The notes beneath the pieces are model-generated. The model had not been told where the DNA came from. It searched no databases and saw only the letters and a list, made by a program, of their open reading frames with translations. This document shows positions 6,607-13,728 of a stretch of 64,000 bases of DNA, in pieces (the stretch's first letter is position 1; each line of letters begins with the position of its first letter). A program made the position numbers and the translations under genes. The stretch is from a virus: the IMG/VR virus record IMGVR_UViG_3300025872_000001. One strand, written 5' to 3'.

Positions 6607-6700
6607 CCGGGCCTGGCCCGGAATCTTAGCCTGGTGCACCTGGCGAATAAAAAATTTACCGTCTCGCGAAATTTTGGGTTTTTCACCGGGCCTGGCCCGG
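6607..6700. repeat. palindrome copies 8 and 9 (6607-6621, 6686-6700) enclosing a 64-bp core
   Basis: Near-duplicate of 4359-4452. Confidence 0.95.
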
Positions 6701-6731
6701 ATTTATATAGCGCTATATAAACCCTTATATA

Positions 6732-6926
6732 TTATTTACGAAACCAGCGCACAATTGTTATATGGCCCTTCGGTATAACAACTATATATTCCTCGCCCAA
6801 CGCTTTAGCAATTTCGAAGTGGGTGCCACTCATTGCGTTTGCTTGCTGGGTAGCGAAGGCCGCAGCGCAATCCGCGCCGCGAGCAATTATCTGAGACGCC
6901 CAACCGTAGTGCATTTGTTTTTTCAT
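6732..6926 (-). CDS. hypothetical protein (64 aa), paralogue of 5550-5735
   Basis: Shared pattern YxWxSxIIAxGxxC..A...QAxAM....FxI....EYIV....RWFxK. Confidence 0.75.
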   Translation of the reverse strand: MKKQMHYGWASQIIARGADCAAAFATQQANAMSGTHFEIAKALGEEYIVVIPKGHITIVRWFRK

Positions 6927-6932
6927 GCTGCT

Positions 6933-6960
6933 ACCTTACCAGAAAAACGGCCCCGCGCAA
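6933..6960 (-). promoter_or_regulatory. sigma70-like promoter TTGCGC-N16-TAAGGT
   Basis: 6 nt upstream of ATG 6926; back-to-back with the 7004 promoter. Confidence 0.6.
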
Positions 6961-7003
6961 GTTTTTTTTCGCATTTTTTTCGATTTTTTTTCGCATTTTT
7001 TTC

Positions 7004-7031
7004 TTGCAAGTGTGCGCGCTGCGTGTATCTT
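7004..7031 (+). promoter_or_regulatory. sigma70-like promoter TTGCAA-N16-TATCTT
   Basis: 6 nt upstream of ATG 7038; same hexamers as 7822. Confidence 0.75.
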
Positions 7032-7037
7032 TCCCGC

Positions 7038-7736
7038 ATGAAACTCAATCTCCTGTCAGTAGGTGCAGATGCCAAGACAAGCAAGGGCGAGGCTTTCGGA
7101 TGGCTGACGGCTATTCTCTACCTTGCGCCAGCGCGCCAAGCTGGGCGCGGCGAAGTTTGCACGCATCGGTCAGCTGGATGCACGCTTGCGTGCCTCTACA
7201 CGGCGGGGCGTGGTAAGATGTCCAACGTGCAGCAAGCGCGCATTCGGCGCACTCAATTATTTTTCGATGACTTCGCGACCTTCAAGGCTCTTCTCTTCGC
7301 TGACATCCGCGCATTCGTTGCAAACTGTGAAAAGCAAGGGATGCGCGCTTGTGTTCGCTTGAACGGTACAAGCGACATTGCGTGGGAGCGGCTGGGCGTG
7401 TTCGCTGCGTTCCCTTCCGTGCAGTTCTATGACTATTCGAAGAGTCCGATTCGTGCCTTGCAATTTGCCAAGGGCGCAATGCCGAGCAATTACCATTTGA
7501 CTTTCTCGCGCAGCGAAAGCAACGAAGCGCAAGCAATCGACGTTCTCCGCGCAGGTGGCAACGTGGCGGTTGTGTTCGCGAACTACCTTCCCCCAACGTG
7601 GGAAGGGTTTCCCGTGGTGAACGGTGACGAAAGCGACTTGCGTTTCCTTGACAAGCGCAACGTGGTGGTTGGCCTCAAGGCGAAAGGCGCAGGCAAAAAA
7701 GATGCAACTGGGTTTGTCGTGACCGCAACGCTGTGA
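7038..7736 (+). CDS. GP88-like phage protein (Cys motif, radical-SAM-like)
   Basis: LYLAPA, Cx6Cx3C, RLNGTSD, FYDYSK, NYHLTFS, GDESDLRFLD motifs; start moved to MKLNLL. Confidence 0.8.
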   Translation: MKLNLLSVGADAKTSKGEAFGWLTAILYLAPARQAGRGEVCTHRSAGCTLACLYTAGRGKMSNVQQARIRRTQLFFDDFATFKALLFADIRAFVANCEKQGMRACVRLNGTSDIAWERLGVFAAFPSVQFYDYSKSPIRALQFAKGAMPSNYHLTFSRSESNEAQAIDVLRAGGNVAVVFANYLPPTWEGFPVVNGDESDLRFLDKRNVVVGLKAKGAGKKDATGFVVTATL

Positions 7737-7774
7737 ACGCCGAGCTTTTCCCTCTTGTTTTGTTCTTAGTCCTT

Positions 7775-7799
7775 GCCCTTGCGTTACTTACGCAAGGGC
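7775..7799. terminator. hairpin, possible terminator
   Basis: GCCCTTGCGT-tactt-ACGCAAGGGC. Confidence 0.5.
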
Positions 7800-7821
7800 G
7801 AAGAAAAAGATAAAAAATTCC

Positions 7822-7849
7822 TTGCAATGCGGGGCGCGTGTGCTATCTT
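7822..7849 (+). promoter_or_regulatory. sigma70-like promoter TTGCAA-N16-TATCTT
   Basis: 6 nt upstream of ATG 7856. Confidence 0.75.
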
Positions 7850-7855
7850 AGCAGC

Positions 7856-8038
7856 ATGAAAAACAAAATGATTATCAACGGTAAGGTGGTCGAAGATTAC
7901 AAGCTGCACGTCGAAGGTGATTGCGGTGATGGCTCTTGGATTGAGTGGGCGAAGTTCGAAGATGGAACAGAGCTAGAAGGTGAAGAGCTATTCGAATTCG
8001 AAAAAGTTTACTTGCCCGACTTGGTGTGGGGTAGGTGA
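7856..8038 (+). CDS. hypothetical acidic protein (60 aa), leaderless
   Basis: Start moved to MKNKMI. Confidence 0.7.
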   Translation: MKNKMIINGKVVEDYKLHVEGDCGDGSWIEWAKFEDGTELEGEELFEFEKVYLPDLVWGR

Positions 8039-8263
8039 CACCCTCCCCCATTAATTAAAAATCGCGACCCGCGTTTCCGTGGGGGCGCGGGGGGGGTGGT
8101 ATTTAGTCCGCTCTACCCCAATTTTAAATACCCTAAACTATCTCTTTATCTTCTTCTATATCTATCTTTATCCCTTTATATGTATACTATACTATGCATC
8201 TATGGGGGCTGTGGGGGCTTAATGTGTTATATACGATACGTTATTGGGGGTGTAAAAAGAAGT

Positions 8264-8473
8264 ATGAGAATCAATTCGGACATGGGTTTAGGAGCAGTAG
8301 CAAGAATGTATGAAAAGAACTCAACTTTAGGTTCAGTATCAAAGGCCGCTGATTGGTTTGGGGATGTGGAGAAGATAGATGAACTTAAAAAAGCATTAAT
8401 AATGGCAATTGATTGCGGCAATTTCGATAAAGCTTTGTTTATACTTAAACAGTTACAAACTCTTAAAGCGTAA
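8264..8473 (+). CDS. hypothetical protein (69 aa)
   Basis: Start MRINSD, 7 nt after GTGTAAA (8250). Confidence 0.6.
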   Translation: MRINSDMGLGAVARMYEKNSTLGSVSKAADWFGDVEKIDELKKALIMAIDCGNFDKALFILKQLQTLKA

Positions 8474-8566
8474 CTATTTCTTAACTATCGCAAGATAGCC
8501 TACTGTAAGCATCAATATAAGAACAATAATCAACCAATCTGTTTCTAGATCGTTGTTCTTCTTCAC
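8474..8566 (-). CDS. small membrane peptide (30 aa, GTG start)
   Basis: MKKNNDLETDWLIIVLILMLTVGYLAIVKK; GTGTAAA 7 nt upstream. Confidence 0.45.
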   Translation of the reverse strand: MKKNNDLETDWLIIVLILMLTVGYLAIVKK

Positions 8567-8662
8567 GGGGATATTTACACCCCACGCCCCCATTTATAGA
8601 AAATGGGGAAAATTCCCCAATTCTATTTGTTTAGGTGAACCGGGAAACCGGGGAGGGTCATT

Positions 8663-8764
8663 TTACCAATGATGAATAATATTAATTATAAGGGCAACAT
8701 CAGCGATGATTGCTAAAATCATTAAAACAAATTGAAAGCGCTCACTCTTAGTGTCGAATTTCAT
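8663..8764 (-). CDS. small membrane peptide (33 aa)
   Basis: MKFDTKSERFQFVLMILAIIADVALIINIIHHW; ATGA coupling to the glycosyltransferase. Confidence 0.5.
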   Translation of the reverse strand: MKFDTKSERFQFVLMILAIIADVALIINIIHHW

Positions 8765-9309
8765 TTTTTATTTATTATTTTTTTAAATCTTCTACTAGCT
8801 TGATTTTGCCCAATAACAATTTCATTAGTCTTGATATAGTCTATTTTACAATACGAAAGCGGAAGTTTATAGTAATTTATCTTCCAATTATTTACGATTT
8901 GCTGCAAAACTTTTTGATCCCATTTTTGGGGATTTTCATTATTTAGTTTTATCCACTCGTCTAATAATTTAAAATTATTTTCAGTGGGCTTAAAAAATAA
9001 TGTCCCAGACATTAACTCTTGGCGATAAAAACACAAACCAAGATCCTCATTGATTTGACAGAAAATGTCTGGAGATTTTTTTAAAACAGCATCTGCGTCA
9101 AGCCAAACCACCGGGGTATTTAACTGTTTAAGCTTTTCTTTTATTATATAGGCTTTATATTGACAGTTTTTTTCCCATGTGCCTTTATTTTCAAAAGGCA
9201 CTAAATGTTCATCAGTAAATCCAAACTGTTTTAAAGAAATTCTTAAATTATTTATTTCTTTTTCGTAAGGAGTGTTTTTTGTATATCCGCTTACTATTTT
9301 GTAGTTCAC
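8761..9309 (-). CDS. GT-A glycosyltransferase (nucleotide-diphospho-sugar transferase-like)
   Basis: VVWLDADAV (DxD), SGTLFF, WDQKVLQ, LPLSYC, NQASR. Confidence 0.8.
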   Translation of the reverse strand: MNYKIVSGYTKNTPYEKEINNLRISLKQFGFTDEHLVPFENKGTWEKNCQYKAYIIKEKLKQLNTPVVWLDADAVLKKSPDIFCQINEDLGLCFYRQELMSGTLFFKPTENNFKLLDEWIKLNNENPQKWDQKVLQQIVNNWKINYYKLPLSYCKIDYIKTNEIVIGQNQASRRFKKIINKK

Positions 9310-9338
9310 TATTTTTTTGATTCAGTAAATCTTCAACC

Positions 9339-9971
9339 TTAATCAGTTTCCCTTCGTGAAGTGTGTAATGTTCCTTCGGTATCCTCTGTAGTAATTGAGT
9401 TAGATCCATATAAAGTTTTAGTTAAACGGTCAATTTCTTCTTGGTCAAGGGGAAAGCGTTGGCCCCCGCGATATTCCTTAACTTGAATATAGCTTGGGAC
9501 TTTATTTATGGTTACGCAACGGAGAAACTCTACCTTGCGGCGATTCTCTCTAAGTGGCAAATTATCAAACAGATAAACAAACTCTGCTGGCTCCAAATTA
9601 ATTGATGGAGATTGGATATGCTCGCGAGCATAAATGTCATCCAGCGCGAAATTAAATTCAAAAAGCGCATTCATCACCTTTGCATACTCATAAGTAGCAA
9701 TAGTCAACATGCGAACCTCCCCGATCTCGCGCAGTTTAGCGAGAAACTCCTTTGCGCCGGGTCTCAGGGATGTTTTATACTCATTGTCTTCAACTGTCAC
9801 TGGCACCGCACACTTGCATGGTGTTTCATGATAATCATAAGTGTGAATTAACGTCTCGTCTAAATCAACGAATATGTATGGCTTCATGTCTTTATTCCTT
9901 AAATAAAAATGATAAATATTATATCCATCTCTCGGATCGATGTAGATGGTAGGATATTGTAACTGGGCCAT
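9339..9971 (-). CDS. HAD-superfamily NIF/FCP1-like phosphatase (alternative start 9887)
   Basis: FVDLDETLIHT, LRPGAKEFL, T.AT.EYA, LFDN. Confidence 0.8.
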   Translation of the reverse strand: MAQLQYPTIYIDPRDGYNIYHFYLRNKDMKPYIFVDLDETLIHTYDYHETPCKCAVPVTVEDNEYKTSLRPGAKEFLAKLREIGEVRMLTIATYEYAKVMNALFEFNFALDDIYAREHIQSPSINLEPAEFVYLFDNLPLRENRRKVEFLRCVTINKVPSYIQVKEYRGGQRFPLDQEEIDRLTKTLYGSNSITTEDTEGTLHTSRRETD

Positions 9972-9984
9972 CTACTAGTTTACA

Positions 9985-10170
9985 CTAGTAGCTTTCTATG
10001 CCGTTCCTTACAAATCTTAAAATTGAATATAGCGATTCTTTGTAATCTTTGCCAGCATTAGGATACAGGCAAGCTCCAAGTAAAAATACTACTGTCATTA
10101 TAGCGGCTAAAACTAGACCAATGCAAGCCCTTACTGGCATAAAAAGATATCTAATTATATGCTGGGTCAT
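9985..10170 (-). CDS. small membrane protein
   Basis: Hydrophobic segment; ATGA coupling. Confidence 0.6.
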   Translation of the reverse strand: MTQHIIRYLFMPVRACIGLVLAAIMTVVFLLGACLYPNAGKDYKESLYSILRFVRNGIESY

Positions 10171-10763
10171 GTCCAAAAATATTGTCTATACTTAGCTACC
10201 CATATGATCATTTCTTCATCAAGCTTTTCAATCTTTTTTATTTTTTTACTCCATGTGTCGCGCCTTTTCTCAAAAGGTAATTCGTAATTTTCGTTAAGCA
10301 GATCAGAAACTTCTTTCATCATTTCTTCTCTGGTTATGGTAACATAATGATAATATTTTTTTAAGTCTCTTTCGAATTGACCCCTCTTATTCCTTGCTTT
10401 AAGTTGAGATTCGAAATGCTCAAAATACTTTTCGCGCTCAACAAGCTCTTTTATAGTTTGGATATTAAAATTTATAATGATTTCTGGCAAGTCTTCGTAG
10501 CGAGAAGGAAACACAATGTTCCTCATCTCTGTTCTTGGGTTTTTGACATAATGTTTTAACTTCCACCAAAAATCATTGATTTTTGTTTTCAATACCCAAT
10601 ACTCCATAGCAATAAATTCTCTAAAGAAATATTGAACTGGGTAATTCTTTTTGATCTTATTATCAAACGTTTCCCAATCTTCCATAGAAAGAGCGAATGG
10701 TTTAATGTAAGTCTCAGTTGGCCAATACCAAACCCTTTTTGTTTCTATTTTTATATCTTTCAT
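10167..10763 (-). CDS. hypothetical protein
   Basis: Start moved to MKDIKI (ATGA overlap at 10760). Confidence 0.65.
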   Translation of the reverse strand: MKDIKIETKRVWYWPTETYIKPFALSMEDWETFDNKIKKNYPVQYFFREFIAMEYWVLKTKINDFWWKLKHYVKNPRTEMRNIVFPSRYEDLPEIIINFNIQTIKELVEREKYFEHFESQLKARNKRGQFERDLKKYYHYVTITREEMMKEVSDLLNENYELPFEKRRDTWSKKIKKIEKLDEEMIIWVAKYRQYFWT

Positions 10764-11341
10764 ATGTATAAGCACCTCATTTTGCTGGCGAATCTTTCGA
10801 CCATATCCCAAAAATTTATCCATATTTTATAATGCAAGAAACGATAGAATTTAGTATAAAAGAAATATTTATTGATCCAACGCTTTTGTTCTTTTTCTAT
10901 TTTTTCCTTCATTTCAGCATCGCGAGCTTTTCTTTCTGCATTGTCGGTCTTATCAAACTTAAACAGTTCAAGCTTTTGCAGTTTGCCGTCAGTGAATACC
11001 GCTTTAAATTCCACCCAGCAATCCCATTTATCTTGAACATTCATTAGAAATTCATAAAAATAAATCTCTCCGTGGAAATTTACTTTATCAAAATATGGAC
11101 CTTTTCTTTCCATGAAGCCAATTCTATCCATAATGCTTTTTGCAGTAGGATCTCCAGCAATCCATTCTTCTGTCTTGTATTTTTCCTCAAACAGTTCGCC
11201 ATTTTGAATGATGTAATGCGACATGGTGCAGTCCAAATCTTTTGTTTGGAATGACAAGTTGTTTTTATCAATACCAAGGTCGATCATTTCCTGTGAGAAA
11301 GGAAGATCACCCGAAACAGAGATAGTGTCGAACATGCCCAT
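10760..11341 (-). CDS. conserved phage hypothetical protein
   Basis: MGMFD...FQTKDL...F.A.F.DG pattern. Confidence 0.7.
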   Translation of the reverse strand: MGMFDTISVSGDLPFSQEMIDLGIDKNNLSFQTKDLDCTMSHYIIQNGELFEEKYKTEEWIAGDPTAKSIMDRIGFMERKGPYFDKVNFHGEIYFYEFLMNVQDKWDCWVEFKAVFTDGKLQKLELFKFDKTDNAERKARDAEMKEKIEKEQKRWINKYFFYTKFYRFLHYKIWINFWDMVERFASKMRCLYI

Positions 11342-11342
11342 A

Positions 11343-11576
11343 TTATTTTTTGGTTAATTTGAATGTCCCGTCAGATTGGTCGGTCCAAATGATTTCGTCG
11401 CCAACCTTCCAACCTAAACCATCCATCAAGACTTGAGGAATCTCAATGAATTGATCGCCGTTGTCAAGAGTTTTTACTGGAACAGTAGCTTTTTTAGCAA
11501 AAATTTCATCCCAGTTTTTTTGGAATTCCTCTTGAGAGACTGAGAATGGTCTGGGCTTAGATCCTTTACCGTTCAT
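11343..11576 (-). CDS. AbrB/MazE-like DNA-binding domain protein with GKGSKPRP N-terminal peptide
   Basis: GDQFIEIPxxLMDxLGWKVGDEI pattern. Confidence 0.65.
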   Translation of the reverse strand: MNGKGSKPRPFSVSQEEFQKNWDEIFAKKATVPVKTLDNGDQFIEIPQVLMDGLGWKVGDEIIWTDQSDGTFKLTKK

Positions 11577-11578
11577 GC

Positions 11579-11779
11579 TTAATTGTAATTCTTATAATCT
11601 GGAGAATCAAAAGATTTTTCTAGAAATTCCATCAAGCCATCGCTGAATTTATTGTCTGCCGTTACGGAATCAAACCAAATATCTCGTCTTTGCAGTTCTT
11701 CAAAGACTCTATTGTGGATCGCCTCAAGGTCTTCCATGTAAACTTCGCGGCTGACTTTTAATTTCTTTTTGGATTTCAT
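11579..11779 (-). CDS. hypothetical protein
   Basis: ORF track; ATGA coupling. Confidence 0.6.
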   Translation of the reverse strand: MKSKKKLKVSREVYMEDLEAIHNRVFEELQRRDIWFDSVTADNKFSDGLMEFLEKSFDSPDYKNYN

Positions 11780-12465
11780 GTTACGGTTACTATAGAGAAT
11801 TTTTTGTCTTTGTCAACATCAATTACCAAAGGTTTATTGGCTGGCATATACGATTCGTCGAGAAGAGAAGCATTTGCGTAAATTGTTTTTGGCATAACAA
11901 AACTACTTCCACCAGAAAAGTGGATATGTCCAAATACATGAAGTTTTGGTTGGACTCTTAAAGTAGCCTCAAATAAATCGACGCAGCCAACATGTTTATA
12001 GAAACCTTTTGCTTGAGGAGCGACATCGCACATTTTATGCGGTGGACCATGAGTGATAAGAACATCAGTTCCTTTAGGGATCATGTCCCAGTGCTTTTTA
12101 ATTGGTTCGCCACGATCACGATTAAAAGCCCAATTAAAAAAAGTGGGCTGCACAGGACTACCCCAAAACTTCAAACCCTCCAGTTCAATTCCAGAATCTT
12201 GAAGATAGTGAACTCCGTCAGGCATAGTCCTCAAAAAAGAATCTATGTCAGAAGGGTTGCCTTGTTCAAAATAAAGATCGTGATTACCAGCAATGAAAAT
12301 TTTATGCTTGTGCGGGTGCGTGCCAAACCAATTGACGAATTTTAATGCATCAATGTATTGGCCATGAGAACAGAAATCTCCGCAATGGATTAAAACATCT
12401 CCATCTGGAACTTGTACCCCAAGATGAGAGCCATGTGTGTCTGACATTACGACTAATCTAGTCAT
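11776..12465 (-). CDS. calcineurin-like metallophosphoesterase
   Basis: SDTH, GDF, GNHD, THGPP, FGHIH motifs. Confidence 0.9.
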   Translation of the reverse strand: MTRLVVMSDTHGSHLGVQVPDGDVLIHCGDFCSHGQYIDALKFVNWFGTHPHKHKIFIAGNHDLYFEQGNPSDIDSFLRTMPDGVHYLQDSGIELEGLKFWGSPVQPTFFNWAFNRDRGEPIKKHWDMIPKGTDVLITHGPPHKMCDVAPQAKGFYKHVGCVDLFEATLRVQPKLHVFGHIHFSGGSSFVMPKTIYANASLLDESYMPANKPLVIDVDKDKKFSIVTVT

Positions 12466-12472
12466 AAATATT

Positions 12473-12500
12473 ATTTTACTTAATTTTTTTCATTTGTCAA
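12473..12500 (-). promoter_or_regulatory. sigma70-like promoter TTGACA-N16-TAAAAT (leaderless)
   Basis: Near-consensus hexamers, 7 nt upstream of ATG 12465. Confidence 0.8.
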
Positions 12501-12530
12501 TAGGTTTTGAGAAAAGTGTAAAAGATTTAG

Positions 12531-12893
12531 ATGGAAAAAGAATTTAATGCATTCATTTCTGAGAACTCAGTGCTTCTTGTCGCTGGCGTAGCCTCTTTGC
12601 TTTTTAAAGAATTTATAATCAATATTGTCAAGAGTCTTATTTTTAGAATGACTTCTGGCTTAAAAGAGGATGATGTTCTTATCTTCTGGGACGGTTCTAA
12701 AAACCCAGCGAGAATTGTTCGGATTGGTTGGATGTCAACAACTTTGTTTCTTTACGATGTAAATGAGCAAGGTATAGTAACTGGCGGACACAGAATAACT
12801 ATGCAAAATGTTAAACTTGAGAATGTTAAGTTGTTGAAGAGATTGTCTATGATTGATGAAGCTGACTTGAAAATGTTTAAAAAGGACAAATAA
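12531..12893 (+). CDS. membrane protein with MscS-like beta-domain
   Basis: TM segment then FKEFIINI...LKEDDV...ARIVRIGWMST. Confidence 0.45.
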   Translation: MEKEFNAFISENSVLLVAGVASLLFKEFIINIVKSLIFRMTSGLKEDDVLIFWDGSKNPARIVRIGWMSTTLFLYDVNEQGIVTGGHRITMQNVKLENVKLLKRLSMIDEADLKMFKKDK

Positions 12894-12902
12894 TAATTTG
12901 TC

Positions 12903-13724
12903 ATGGCTTACGTTTCGTACAATAACATCAGGGCTTTTCTTTCTGCTGGCGATTCACAAAGTTTATCGACAGGATCATATGATATTTTGTATGCATTAAA
13001 TTTTAATGCCAGCAACACAACTCAATTAAAAAGGATTAAAAGAATTGGTCAAGAGCTTGATTATTATATTCAAACAGGTCCAAAAAGCGCATCAATTTCA
13101 ACTTCGGTTATACCCGTCACTGGCGCTGACTTTAATCAGTTTACTGGATTTTTAGCTTTAACTGGAGATTTTACAAGCGGTTCGTATATTCAAGTTCCTA
13201 ATTACAGATTTGATAAATGTTTCTTAAAATCATTTGGGTTTTCTATGGAGCCTTGGAAACCAATTGCGGTAGAAATGCAATTTGATTCTTATGGGTTAGC
13301 TACTGGAGACGGAATTAATTCTTATGCTGGACAAGACTTTCCAACTGGCGCTCAAACAGGAATTGTTTCTCCGTTAAGAGGAATGAGTGTTACTCTTTCT
13401 GCTCCAAATTTTACTCAAACAATAAATCAATACGAAAATTTAAATTTTAACGTTGAAGTTGATCGTGCTCCAAATTTTGAAATAGGTGGAACTTATCCTG
13501 CTAAAGTGAGTGTTTCTAAAATTACAAAATCATTGCAAATTAACGGTATATCCAACATTGATTGGCTTTCTGACTATCAACCTAACACTACTGTCTCTGT
13601 GACAGTAGGAATGCCAGACGGCAACTCGTTTTCAGTTGCTGGAGTACTGAGTTCACAAAGTTTCTCAGTAGATGGCAATGGCGTAGCAAAAGGAGGGCTA
13701 CAGATAGTCGAAGAGATGGTGTAA
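12903..13724 (+). CDS. tail-tube-like virion protein (paralogue of 47189, 58975, 60686)
   Basis: Two repeats of the ..N/SF.....R......G pattern shared with the paralogues. Confidence 0.5.
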   Translation: MAYVSYNNIRAFLSAGDSQSLSTGSYDILYALNFNASNTTQLKRIKRIGQELDYYIQTGPKSASISTSVIPVTGADFNQFTGFLALTGDFTSGSYIQVPNYRFDKCFLKSFGFSMEPWKPIAVEMQFDSYGLATGDGINSYAGQDFPTGAQTGIVSPLRGMSVTLSAPNFTQTINQYENLNFNVEVDRAPNFEIGGTYPAKVSVSKITKSLQINGISNIDWLSDYQPNTTVSVTVGMPDGNSFSVAGVLSSQSFSVDGNGVAKGGLQIVEEMV

Positions 13725-13728
13725 CTTT

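Noticed and set aside
406-6700. CRISPR array or mini-array formed by the palindromes
   Set aside because: The repeat is only 15 bp, spacing is irregular (79 bp to about 1.6 kb), two 'spacers' are near-identical, and no cas genes are seen.
6762-7037. N-terminal extension of the GP88-like ORF, and ORFs crossing the repeat modules (e.g. 4272-4475, 6233-6778, 6439-6639)
   Set aside because: They run through promoters, T-tracts and repeats, or overlap better-supported genes on the other strand.
13719-13725. GTGTAAC before phoH as a late promoter
   Set aside because: It coincides with the upstream gene's last codon and stop and is only 3 nt from the ATG; not counted.
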